From: Sulfurisphaera javensis
GTDB lineage: Archaea; Thermoproteota; Thermoprotei_A; Sulfolobales; Sulfolobaceae
Reading direction: 5' to 3'
DNA: 24,000 nucleotides
NCBI RefSeq assembly: GCF_041154675.1
Contig: NZ_AP031322.1
Span: 1,711,812-1,735,811 of the forward strand
Positions 8,852-17,475 of the stretch are shown here, one piece after another. A program made the translations under genes and the position numbers. How positions within the stretch are numbered: the first letter of the stretch is position 1; each line of letters begins with the position of its first letter. The notes beneath the pieces were generated by a model. That model was not told the origin of the DNA. It was given only the letters and a program-made list of their open reading frames with translations, and made no database searches.

Positions 8852-10018
8852 ATGAGTTTATATGATTTAGAGATTATTGACCTTGATGTCTTCGTTAAAG
8901 AGGGAAAAGTAGTTAAAGCAAAATGTTCTGGTAATAAAATTAGAGGATTTGAGAAGTCTTTTATAGGAAAGGAAGCTAAAATATTTTATGAAATTTTACC
9001 TAGAGTTTTAGCAACGTGTAGTCAATCCCACTTATATGTATATCTACAACCTCATATGAATACTCCAATAACTGAAATACTTATGACCCTCGAAATAGTT
9101 GATAGCCATTTAAAGCATCCCTATGCCTATTGGTTTCCTCATTTAATAAAAGATGAGCAGTTCTCTTTTCCATCCGGTGATAAATTTAAAAGAGTTAGTT
9201 TAATTTCAAGAAAGATAAAAGAATTAATGGAAAAGATAGGAGGAAGATGGCCTCATATTGACTATATAAAAGAAAATAAAGAGATAAGATTAAGAAAAGA
9301 TGATATAAAAGATATTACAAGTTTCATAGAGAATGAATTATTGGGAATGAGTATTGAAGATTTTTTAAGCGTAAAAAACATAGAGGATTTTTCTGGCGAT
9401 ATGAAGTTATTGATTGAAAAAGGAATTGAAGCATTAGACTGGAATACTGGTCTTAGAGATCATTTAGTCGTAGGATATCCATTTTCTGGTAATTTTGATT
9501 ATAATAAAATAGAGGATAAAGGTATTGAAGTACTCTATGATGGTAAAAAAGTAGAAGTAGGGCCTTTGGCTCAAGCATTAACTTTTGATCAACTAGTTAA
9601 AAATTATTTTAATAAATATGGACCTTCTCCTCTTTTAAGAGAAATATCTAGAGTGAAAGTCCTTGCAAAATTATTAAATAATATTAGAGATACTGAGTTA
9701 AAAAGTGAGAAATTCGAACCTCAAGACGGACATTTTATTTCATTTGCTGAATCAATAAGAGGGTCACTAATTCATGATTACATAATAAAAGATGGTAAGA
9801 TTTTATCGTATAAAATTATTCAACCAACAACATTTATAGCATCACCTAATGGTGCTTTAGAAAAATCAGTGGTAGGATTACATATTAAAAATCCTAAAGA
9901 TCCAGTTGAATTAGCATTAACTGTTTCTTCATTGGATACATGCTTCGTAACAAGAGTTAAAGTATTTGATGATAATAATAATCTATTAACAACAAAAAGA
10001 ATTGGAGGTTTTTGCTAA
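8852..10018 (+). CDS. [NiFe]-hydrogenase large-subunit-like protein lacking half of the active-site ligands (candidate HupK/HoxV-type maturation scaffold)
   Basis: 388 aa. [31 protein letters not shown] aligns to RGxE..L.GR...RxCGxCxxxH with the first Cys replaced by Leu. GGRWPH and [27 protein letters not shown] align to GGQWPH and APRGALGHWIVIKGGKILNYQIVTPTQ of the 13279..14808 large subunit. C-terminal [11 protein letters not shown] replaces DPCxxCxxH (second Cys to Thr, His to Lys). The N-terminal RxEGH motif is absent. Confidence 0.75.
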   Translation: MSLYDLEIIDLDVFVKEGKVVKAKCSGNKIRGFEKSFIGKEAKIFYEILPRVLATCSQSHLYVYLQPHMNTPITEILMTLEIVDSHLKHPYAYWFPHLIKDEQFSFPSGDKFKRVSLISRKIKELMEKIGGRWPHIDYIKENKEIRLRKDDIKDITSFIENELLGMSIEDFLSVKNIEDFSGDMKLLIEKGIEALDWNTGLRDHLVVGYPFSGNFDYNKIEDKGIEVLYDGKKVEVGPLAQALTFDQLVKNYFNKYGPSPLLREISRVKVLAKLLNNIRDTELKSEKFEPQDGHFISFAESIRGSLIHDYIIKDGKILSYKIIQPTTFIASPNGALEKSVVGLHIKNPKDPVELALTVSSLDTCFVTRVKVFDDNNNLLTTKRIGGFC

Positions 10019-12237
10019 ATAAATGTTGCATAATATGCCTGGCCAAGAGCTATTCCACCGTCACCAGCTGGTACCCTTTTTGGAGTTATTATTTCTACTC
10101 CTTCAGAGTTCTCTATCATCCCTTTCAATATATATTCATTAACTGCAGCACCTCCCGAAACTAAAATTCTTTCGGGGTTAAGTTTTAATGCAGCTTTTAC
10201 TAAACTTTTACCAAGCTTATATTGGACTGTAATAGCTAAATCATTTAGAGGTTTATCTCTGTTTTCGAGTAACCATTTAAAAATTAATGTTGTGTCTATC
10301 TCTTCCCCTACAATAGGGATTTCAAGATCTAATATTTTTCCTCCTCTAGCTACTGCTTCTAATTTCATTGCTGGCTCACCTTCATAAGTTCTATGGTCAC
10401 ACACGCCAAGAAATGCTGATACAGAGTCTAATACTCTACCAGTACTTGAAGTAAATATAGTAGCTTTTTTAGATAATTTTTCAAGGATATTTAGTTCCCT
10501 TTCATCTAATTTAACAATATTTTTTATTTCTTCCCAATCCATAAATGTTGATAAAAATAAAGCTAGCATCCTCCTAGGTTTAATTGCATTTATATCTCCA
10601 CCTATATAAGGAACATATTTTAAGTGATATTTTCTCTCATATTTTTCTCCACTAAATTTAATTATTTCTCCTCCCCATCCGTTTCCGTCATCGCCATAAC
10701 CTATTCCATCTATAGCAATTCCTACACCATCTTCATAACCATAATCTGCAGCAACGCTTAGTATGTGAGCATAATGATGCTGTACTTGAATTAACTCTGC
10801 AGAGAACTTTTCAGCCAACTTGGAAGCTAAATAAGTACTTTGATATGCTGGATTCTTATCAGCTACCACAACCTTAGGTCTTATGTTATACCAAGAAATT
10901 AGTAAATTTAAATATTTATCTAGATCATTTAAAGTTTCTAATTCATCTGTATCTCCTATGTATTGTGTTAGAACTACTTTATTATTAAAAGCTATTGAAC
11001 CAGCATTCTGTAACTCGGCTCCTACAGTAACTACTGGTTCCTTAACATATCTCTTTAACTTTATCCACGTTGGTGCATAGCCCCTACTCCTCCTTAATAA
11101 AATTGGCCTTCCAGCAGAGACTCTTACAACACTATCATCAACTCTATTTACGATCTTTCTATTATGATATAACACATAGTCAACTATTCCCTTTAGTTTC
11201 TCTCTAACACAGTTTTCATCTATACACATTGGAAATCCATGTTTATTACCACTAGTCATAATTAGTAAATGAGTTTTTACTTCATTTAGTAAGAGATAAT
11301 GAAGAGGAGTGTAGTACAAGAAGAACCCTTCTTTATCTAAACCTGGAGAGATATATTTAGATAATTCGTAAGGATCTTTTTTATTAAGGAGAACTATTGG
11401 TCTTTGAGGAGATAAAAGTAAATCTTTCTCAATAGGTGATATGATAGCATATTTTTCCACTATAGGTAAATCTAATGCCATTACTGCAAATGGCTGTTGT
11501 GGTCTGTTTTTTCTTTCCCTTAATTTTAATACAACATCGTCATTAAATGGATCCGCAGAAATATGAAAACCTCCAATACCTTTGATTGCTACAATGTATC
11601 CCTCCATAAGTAGTTTCGCTGTAGTAACTATTGGATCTCCTTCTAATCTTTCTCCATCTATTGTTTCTAAAAACAATGAAGGTCCACATTTTGGACAACT
11701 AATTCCTTGAGCGTCAAATCTTCTTTCATCAGATGGATTATAATATTCAGCCTTACAATCTTCACATAAAGGAAAATCATTCATCGCTGTATTTTCTCTA
11801 TCATAAGGAAGCTTATATATCATTGAAAATCTAGGTCCACAATAAGCACAGCTATTAAAAGGATATCTATATCTTCTATTTTTTGGATTAAGCACTTCTC
11901 TCATACATTCCTCGCATACAGAAAAATCTGGTGGAATCTCACTTGGTTCTTTGATTTCACTTCCACTAGGTAAAATTTTAAAGTCAGAAAAAAGTTTAAT
12001 ATCTGATTCTTCTATTTCGATATTTTCTATTTTCGCTGTTGGAGGCAACTTAGAAAATAATAATTTAATGAAATATGCTATTTCTTCTCTTTCACCTTCG
12101 ATGTGTACTTCAACTTCACTACCACCCATATTTTTTACATATCCTTTTACATTAGATTTTATAGCTATTCTATATATGAATGGCCTAAATCCTACTCCTT
12201 GTACTATACCACTTATAATTATCCTATAAGCTTCCAT
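10015..12237 (-). CDS. hypF: Carbamoyltransferase HypF
   Basis: 740 aa. Acylphosphatase-like N-terminus [18 protein letters not shown]. Two zinc-finger pairs ([17 protein letters not shown] and [14 protein letters not shown]). A YrdC-like region and a Kae1-like C-terminal domain. Confidence 0.95.
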   Translation of the reverse strand: MEAYRIIISGIVQGVGFRPFIYRIAIKSNVKGYVKNMGGSEVEVHIEGEREEIAYFIKLLFSKLPPTAKIENIEIEESDIKLFSDFKILPSGSEIKEPSEIPPDFSVCEECMREVLNPKNRRYRYPFNSCAYCGPRFSMIYKLPYDRENTAMNDFPLCEDCKAEYYNPSDERRFDAQGISCPKCGPSLFLETIDGERLEGDPIVTTAKLLMEGYIVAIKGIGGFHISADPFNDDVVLKLRERKNRPQQPFAVMALDLPIVEKYAIISPIEKDLLLSPQRPIVLLNKKDPYELSKYISPGLDKEGFFLYYTPLHYLLLNEVKTHLLIMTSGNKHGFPMCIDENCVREKLKGIVDYVLYHNRKIVNRVDDSVVRVSAGRPILLRRSRGYAPTWIKLKRYVKEPVVTVGAELQNAGSIAFNNKVVLTQYIGDTDELETLNDLDKYLNLLISWYNIRPKVVVADKNPAYQSTYLASKLAEKFSAELIQVQHHYAHILSVAADYGYEDGVGIAIDGIGYGDDGNGWGGEIIKFSGEKYERKYHLKYVPYIGGDINAIKPRRMLALFLSTFMDWEEIKNIVKLDERELNILEKLSKKATIFTSSTGRVLDSVSAFLGVCDHRTYEGEPAMKLEAVARGGKILDLEIPIVGEEIDTTLIFKWLLENRDKPLNDLAITVQYKLGKSLVKAALKLNPERILVSGGAAVNEYILKGMIENSEGVEIITPKRVPAGDGGIALGQAYYATFI

Positions 12238-12259
12238 ATTTTATCATATAACAAGGGTG

Positions 12260-12274
12260 ATATATAACTTTAAA
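12260..12274 (-). promoter_or_regulatory. BRE/TATA-like element (minus strand TTAAAGTTATATAT) for hypF
   Basis: Centred about 30 nt upstream of the hypF ATG at 12237. Confidence 0.35.
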
Positions 12275-12397
12275 TAACAATAATGAATTTCATAAAACTT
12301 CTAAAAAATTACTTATAATTTAATACTTTTATCATTTTAAATTGCAAAAAGTATCATATAATCAAATTTATATTTTGAAGAAATATACATTGTATCT

Positions 12398-12910
12398 ATG
12401 AAAGAAAACAATTATGAGGAAGATGAGGAGTATAAAGAGGGAATTAAGAAATTAGCAGAAATTGTTATTTATTTAAATAGTAGTGGCATCCTTGATTCAA
12501 TACTTGACTTACTGAAATCTGGTAAATTACTTAAAATAATTAGATCTCCTACATTTAGGGCAGTAATAGAACTATTAGGAGACTTGCAACAAATGATTGA
12601 TTCTGGAGAAGTGAATCCGGACGATTTTATTAATGGCATAATAGCTATTGCTAAACATTTAGATAAGATAGGTAAAATAGTTAGTACTTTAGAAAAACAT
12701 GGAATACTTGATGTAATGACCAATGGATTATCAAAAGCAGCTGAAAAAATTGTTAAAGAAAATAGTGAATCTAATATTGTACAATTATTAGCTTCTTTTG
12801 ATGACCCAGATGTAAAGATGACACTCGCTTATCTTCAGTATATGTTAAAAGAACTAGGAAAATCTACTCGGCCTTTAATAGAGAAAAATAATAATGGAAG
12901 CTCAACATAA
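12398..12910 (+). CDS. DUF1641-like helical protein (hypothetical)
   Basis: 170 aa. The repeated motifs SGILDSILDLLKSG and HGILDVMTNGL, and the C-terminal LLASFDDPDVKMTLAYLQYMLKELGK, resemble the DUF1641 pattern. TATA-like AAATTTATATTTT lies about 27 nt upstream of the ATG. Confidence 0.4.
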   Translation: MKENNYEEDEEYKEGIKKLAEIVIYLNSSGILDSILDLLKSGKLLKIIRSPTFRAVIELLGDLQQMIDSGEVNPDDFINGIIAIAKHLDKIGKIVSTLEKHGILDVMTNGLSKAAEKIVKENSESNIVQLLASFDDPDVKMTLAYLQYMLKELGKSTRPLIEKNNNGSST

Positions 12911-13258
12911 ATATGCGTCCTTGTTATTATCAAGTAAGTTTATTAAACTGATTAATATCTGAAGAGCATTCTTTACTGCCTTTCCTTCGGTAGTTATTGA
13001 ATAGTAAACCTTTATAGGTTCTGAGGAATCCACTTCTCTTTTAACTAACTTAGCTTTCTCTAACTCCTTTAATCTTATTGATAAGGTCCTTTGAGTTAAA
13101 CCTTTAATCTTCCTTTGAATCTCATTAAATCTCATTTTTCCATATTTATCTAAAATAACTAAAATTGCGTACGTATATTTTTTCATTATTAATTCCAGTA
13201 ATTTAGAAGAATATAAAAAACATAATTCTTTATCTTCAGCTATGCAACATTCAACCAT
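12902..13258 (-). CDS. HxlR/MarR-type winged-helix transcriptional regulator
   Basis: MRFNEIQRKIKGLTQRTLSIRLKELEKAKLVKREVDSSEPIKVYYSITTEGKAV matches the HxlR-type wHTH pattern. The start is more likely the ATG at 13186 (MKKYTYAIL), which has TTTTTATATT about 28 nt upstream. Lies 21 nt downstream of the hydrogenase B large subunit on the same strand. Confidence 0.65.
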   Translation of the reverse strand: MVECCIAEDKELCFLYSSKLLELIMKKYTYAILVILDKYGKMRFNEIQRKIKGLTQRTLSIRLKELEKAKLVKREVDSSEPIKVYYSITTEGKAVKNALQILISLINLLDNNKDAYLC

Positions 13259-13278
13259 AACAAAATATTTGAAAATTA

Positions 13279-14808
13279 CTAAATAAGCTTTAGCATGTGC
13301 ACATTACATACCATACAAGCATCATGAGACCTAACTATATGATAAACCTCAATTGGATTATCTACATTAGAAACTTCAGTACCTATTAAAGCTAAAGGTA
13401 AATGACTCTTATTACCTAAAGGATCCTCTGGACCCATGTTAATTTGAGTAGGAGTCACAATTTGATAATTTAAGATCTTACCACCTTTAATTACTATCCA
13501 ATGACCTAATGCACCTCTTGGAGCTTCAACTAACCCATATCCTTTTCCTTCAATAACATCGTTCGGTTTCTTATAAGTAGGCTTACCGAACTTAAAATTA
13601 TTTAACTCATTAATCATAAGTTCATTATAAATTATTATTCTTATTATCCTGGCAATTATTCTTGAAAGTACACTTGGACCAATCTTATCGACCATATCAA
13701 AGACTATAGGATTTTTTGAAATAGTTAACATTGCTAATGCGCCAACTTCTGGTGCCAATAACTTACCATCATATTTATATCTAAAGCACTTAGTCAATGA
13801 ATATTTTCTTTTATCATCTGTTAAGTTGGGATTTGTCTCACCTTGAAAAGGATGTAAACCAATATTATCTCCTAAAGTATATGTGTAATATGAAGAATTA
13901 ACGAATTCTAGTATATTCTCTTGATTAAATTCCTTAAATTCCTTCTCTTTTACAAAGAAAATACCAGGTTTAAAATATTTCTTCCTTGGAACTCCTACAT
14001 ATTCTTCTGATGGTAAATGACCATAACTGAGGAAAATTCCAGAACCATATCCCAATTTATGCCAATTAGCTTCTAATCCAAATTCGATTATTTTTGATAA
14101 GTCTCCTTGTTTATAATCTTCAGCCCATTGTAATAAGTCTTTATAACTTTTAACGGTGCTCATAAATTGCTCTACTGGTCCTCCTAAGATAGTTTTTTCT
14201 AAATAATTTTGTTTAATATTTATCAATATTGATATTGCTTTATTTATCTCATTAGGTAAAGGATCTGATGTGACCCCTCCAGGAATTATAGCTGAACCAT
14301 GAGGCCATTGACCTCCAAAAATAGCATAAACTTCAGTATACTTTTTTGACCATCTAAAACATTCTTTGTATGATGAACCATTAATAGGGGCCCATCTCTT
14401 TAAAGCTTCATCAAAAATCGCATAATCTTGGTATTTTCTGTTCACAACATCAATTAAAAACATAAAATAAGTATGCCTTAAATCATTTTGACAACTTTCA
14501 GCCATACTCAATACATTTCTTATCCTTACAGCATTTTCTGGGACTTCAGCATTATAAATCATATCTAATGCTGAGGCTGATGCATATAAATGAGAGGCTC
14601 CACATATACCACAGACTCTTGGGGTTATAACTAAAGCGTCTAAAGGATTTTTACCTTTAAGAATTATTTCTATACCTCTAAATAATCTTGAGATTATTTT
14701 AGCATCAACAACTTTATTCTTTTCAAACTTTACCTCAACATCTAAATCTCCTTCAACTCTATTAAATGGAGAAATAATTTTATTACTCAAGCCACTCCAC
14801 CTTTTCAT
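13279..14808 (-). CDS. [NiFe]-hydrogenase large subunit, hydrogenase B
   Basis: 509 aa. Motifs NRVEGDLDV, FRGIEIILKGK...PRVCGICGASH (L1), GGQWPHGSAIIPGG and EAPRGALGHW. C-terminal HDACMVCNVH (L2 variant with DAC instead of DPC) is followed by only MLKLI. An alternative TTG start at 14790 follows GGTGGAG. Confidence 0.92.
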   Translation of the reverse strand: MKRWSGLSNKIISPFNRVEGDLDVEVKFEKNKVVDAKIISRLFRGIEIILKGKNPLDALVITPRVCGICGASHLYASASALDMIYNAEVPENAVRIRNVLSMAESCQNDLRHTYFMFLIDVVNRKYQDYAIFDEALKRWAPINGSSYKECFRWSKKYTEVYAIFGGQWPHGSAIIPGGVTSDPLPNEINKAISILINIKQNYLEKTILGGPVEQFMSTVKSYKDLLQWAEDYKQGDLSKIIEFGLEANWHKLGYGSGIFLSYGHLPSEEYVGVPRKKYFKPGIFFVKEKEFKEFNQENILEFVNSSYYTYTLGDNIGLHPFQGETNPNLTDDKRKYSLTKCFRYKYDGKLLAPEVGALAMLTISKNPIVFDMVDKIGPSVLSRIIARIIRIIIYNELMINELNNFKFGKPTYKKPNDVIEGKGYGLVEAPRGALGHWIVIKGGKILNYQIVTPTQINMGPEDPLGNKSHLPLALIGTEVSNVDNPIEVYHIVRSHDACMVCNVHMLKLI

Positions 14809-15757
14809 CTTTCTTGTACAAAGGTTTCACTAAGAAATTAGGCGCAGAAGCTCTAGCTATAGCTGAGTAAGTAGTATAAGCACCTCTACTCACTCCTAAG
14901 GGTAACCTCTTCGGTAAACCACTTCTGTTTTTTTCAGTTACGAAAAAGTTAAATGTAGGGAAATCAAACTCTGTACACCCAAAACATGGAGTACCAACTC
15001 TAGTCTTACTACTCTGATTATTCCAGAGAATTATATTACATGGACTTTTAGTGAATGAACCCCTACAACCTAAGTCAAAATATAAACATCCTTCTCTATG
15101 TCCGAACTCTTTTAAAGATATTTTATATGAGAAGTATAAACTCCTTGGACAACCAAATTGTGTAGTTGTACTATAAATTATTTTTAATCTTTGGTACTCA
15201 TCTAAATCCTCTTCAGATAAGCTATCTGTCAATATTTTAGATAATGTTGTAGTAATCCACTCTGGATGAGCTGGACATCCAGGAATATTTATTACTGGAA
15301 AATTCTTTCTAGATCTGTAATCTTTCCCTAAAAATCCTCCTTTTTCTTTTTTATGAAATTATAAACCAGTAGATTCTGTTGGATTTGGCTCAGAAGCCGG
15401 AACACCACCAAAACTTGCACAATCTCCAACAGCTACAACATAATTTGCTACTTTCGAAATCTCATAAACCCAGTCCTTCATAGGCTTTCCAGCAAAAATA
15501 TTAAACTTTCCAGTACCATTTGGACCTAAAACTACAGTACCTTCAAATATAAATACGTCTAACTGAATTTTCTCTTTAATAATTTGTTGCAAAATTTCTC
15601 TTACTTTATCACCAGTTTCTAAAGATAATGATGGATGCCATAATAACTTTGCATTATACATTTCGAAGAACTCTAATACATCTGGATTTTCTGCATTAAG
15701 AAATGAAAGTGTGTTACCACCACATGCTCCTCCTTGAAGCCATAAAATTGTTCTCAT
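14783..15757 (-). pseudogene. [NiFe]-hydrogenase small subunit, hydrogenase B (no Tat signal), interrupted by one in-frame TAA at 15359-15361
   Basis: ORF fragments 15359..15757 and 14783..15232 share one frame. Translation across the gap reads ...NPTESTGL*FHKKEKGGFLGKDYRSRKNFPVINIPGCPAHPEWITTTLSKIL.... The N-terminal part has WLQGGACGGNT and VGDCASFGG. The C-terminal part has GCPR, CLYFDLGCRG, SPCN and TPCFGCTEFDFP. Confidence 0.85.
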
Positions 15758-15778
15758 TATTTAACTTTATATAATTAA

Positions 15779-15793
15779 AGTATAAAACTTTAT
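15779..15793 (-). promoter_or_regulatory. BRE/TATA-like element (minus strand ATAAAGTTTTATACT) for the hydrogenase B operon, inside a 44-bp divergent intergenic region
   Basis: Centred about 28 nt upstream of the ATG at 15757. The opposite-strand box CTTTATATAA (about 15766-15775) lies about 27 nt upstream of the ATG at 15802. Confidence 0.4.
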
Positions 15794-15801
15794 ATATATA
15801 T

Positions 15802-16329
15802 ATGAAAATAGAGGAATTATTTGCAGGAATTATACTTCCTCTTATCGTTATACCAGAAGAATTTTTTGTTTACTCTGTCATACATAATTTTACAGCAATT
15901 TACGTTGTTGGTATAATAGTAATTATAGGTGAAATAATATCTGCATTTCTGGCTAAAATTCTGACTAAGAAAAAATTAAAAATAGAAATTAACAAAGGCC
16001 TAGTCTTTCTAGTCCTTATAATACCTTTATCATTTTTCCCCGGGTTAACACAAACTTCTTCCCCTTCTTTTTATACTATCTTAATACCGGCTGGAATTGT
16101 TGGAGGTATTTGTGAAGAAATAATTTACAGAGGTTATGTTTTATCTGATACAACTAGTATATTTATCCAAGGAATTTTATGGGGGATTCTTCATATATTT
16201 GACGGTTTACTATTCTTCCTATGGACAATTGTTATAGGTATAATTTTTGGTTTCATAGCTAAACGATATGGAATTTTACCTACAATGTTAATTCATGTAA
16301 TTTCAAATATTCTTCGAATTTTATTGTAA
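15802..16329 (+). CDS. CPBP-family (CAAX-type) intramembrane metalloprotease
   Basis: 175-aa membrane protein with CEEIIYRGYV (EExxxR motif), GILHIFDG and LIHVISNI (HxxxN/D motif). Confidence 0.75.
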   Translation: MKIEELFAGIILPLIVIPEEFFVYSVIHNFTAIYVVGIIVIIGEIISAFLAKILTKKKLKIEINKGLVFLVLIIPLSFFPGLTQTSSPSFYTILIPAGIVGGICEEIIYRGYVLSDTTSIFIQGILWGILHIFDGLLFFLWTIVIGIIFGFIAKRYGILPTMLIHVISNILRILL

Positions 16330-16346
16330 TTTTATTTTATATTATT

Positions 16347-16378
16347 TATTTTAAATTTTCAATATTTTAAATTTTGAA
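16347..16378 (+). repeat. Tandem 16-nt direct repeat TATTTTAAATTTT(C/G)AA x2, upstream of the hyp operon
   Basis: 16347-16362 and 16363-16378 are identical except for one position (C vs G). They lie between the CPBP stop (16329) and the likely hypE TATA box. Confidence 0.6.
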
Positions 16379-16385
16379 GGGAAAT

Positions 16386-16396
16386 CTTTAATATAT
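16386..16396 (+). promoter_or_regulatory. TATA-like box (CTTTAATATAT) for the hypE operon
   Basis: Centred about 28 nt upstream of the ATG at 16420, consistent with a leaderless first gene. Confidence 0.4.
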
Positions 16397-16419
16397 GCTA
16401 AATCAACTTTAATATTGAT

Positions 16420-17475
16420 ATGAGTGATCCAAAAAGTGTGATAACTCTCTTACATGGTGCTGGAGGAGCTTATATGCATAATCTCATTAAAGAGTATTTT
16501 TTAAAGCTTGATGACAACTTTGGAGAAGTCGGTTTAGGTGTGTTAGATGACGCAGCAGTAATAAACGGAATAGTGTTCACAACTGACTCATATACAGTAA
16601 GGCCTATATTCTTTAGAGGTGGAGATATTGGAAGATTAGCTGTCAGCGGAACTGTTAATGATATAGCAATGATGGGAGGAGATCCTATAGCTTTAAGTTT
16701 AGCAGTTGTTATAGAAGAGGGTTTCTCCAAATCGGACTTAGCAAAGATTGTGGAAAGTATTAAAAGAACATGTGAAGAAGCTAACGTTCATATAGTAACT
16801 GGGGATACTAAAGTTATGGAAAGGAACTCACTTGATAAAATAGTAATAAACACTGGTGGTATTGGTATTGCTTCAGAGGAGTTAAAACATAACTTTAATG
16901 TGTTAAGAAAAAGTAGGGAAGTAAAATATGAATGGCTAGTTCCAATGAATATTAGAGATGGCGACAAAATAATCGTATCCGGGACAATAGGCGATCATGC
17001 AATAGCAATACTATCATCAAGAGAAGGTGTAGAATTCGAATCCAATATCCAATCAGATGTTATGCCTTTAAACAAAATGATGAAAAAAGTTTTAGAGGTA
17101 GGTGGAATAGCAGATGCAAAAGATCCTACGAGAGGAGGATTAGCCGATTTATTAAATGATTGGGCCGAAAAGTCAGGCTTAGGTATATATATAAAGGAGA
17201 GTGAGATACCAGTTAAAGAAGAAGTAAGTAGTGCGATTGAGTTTTTAGGATTGGATTTGTTAGAACTTGGAAATGAAGGAAAAGCTGTTTTGGCTGTATC
17301 ACCAGAAATGGCTAGAGATGTATTAGAGACTTTACATAGCACACCATGGGGTAAAGATGCCTCAATAATTGGGGAAGTAAGAAAAGATATTGAAGGTGTG
17401 ATATTAGAAACTGTTGTAGGGGGGAAGAGATTAGTAACAAGACCAACTGGAGACCCCGTGCCTAGAATATGTTAA
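16420..17475 (+). CDS. hypE: Hydrogenase maturation protein HypE (carbamoyl dehydratase)
   Basis: 351 aa with a PurM-like fold pattern (GDIGRLAVSGTVNDIAMMGG, VTGDTKV) and the diagnostic C-terminal PRIC. Confidence 0.95.
   Translation: MSDPKSVITLLHGAGGAYMHNLIKEYFLKLDDNFGEVGLGVLDDAAVINGIVFTTDSYTVRPIFFRGGDIGRLAVSGTVNDIAMMGGDPIALSLAVVIEEGFSKSDLAKIVESIKRTCEEANVHIVTGDTKVMERNSLDKIVINTGGIGIASEELKHNFNVLRKSREVKYEWLVPMNIRDGDKIIVSGTIGDHAIAILSSREGVEFESNIQSDVMPLNKMMKKVLEVGGIADAKDPTRGGLADLLNDWAEKSGLGIYIKESEIPVKEEVSSAIEFLGLDLLELGNEGKAVLAVSPEMARDVLETLHSTPWGKDASIIGEVRKDIEGVILETVVGGKRLVTRPTGDPVPRIC

Noticed and set aside
10883-12229. Plus-strand ORFs 10883..11080 and 11951..12229 inside hypF
   Set aside because: Both are antisense shadows of a 740-aa gene with unambiguous HypF motifs.
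12469-12723. 84-aa minus-strand ORF inside the DUF1641-like gene
   Set aside because: The plus-strand ORF is longer, has a TATA box at leaderless distance and shows family-like repeats. The antisense ORF has no support.
15340-15380. Programmed frameshift as the explanation for the split hydrogenase B small subunit (an A-rich run CATAAAAAAGAAAAAGG follows the stop)
   Set aside because: The two halves are in the same frame, and both alternative frames hit stop codons within a few codons of the TAA. Only stop readthrough or a point mutation fits.
6128-15793. Recurrent AAAGTTT(T)ATATA motif upstream of several genes (6131, 7629, 12260 on the minus strand, 15779 on the minus strand)
   Set aside because: It matches the generic crenarchaeal BRE/TATA consensus at the expected distance from start codons. 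It is annotated as promoters, not as a special regulon signal.
15788-15801. (TA)n microsatellite-like run TATATATATATAT immediately before the CPBP start codon
   Set aside because: It is short and lies within a 44-bp bidirectional promoter of an AT-rich genome. It is most simply TATA-box or spacer sequence, not a distinct repeat element.
16470-17342. Minus-strand ORFs 16470..16730 and 16995..17342 inside hypE
   Set aside because: They are antisense to a HypE gene with the diagnostic PRIC C-terminus. Their Ser/Pro/Ile-rich composition is typical of reverse-frame artefacts.
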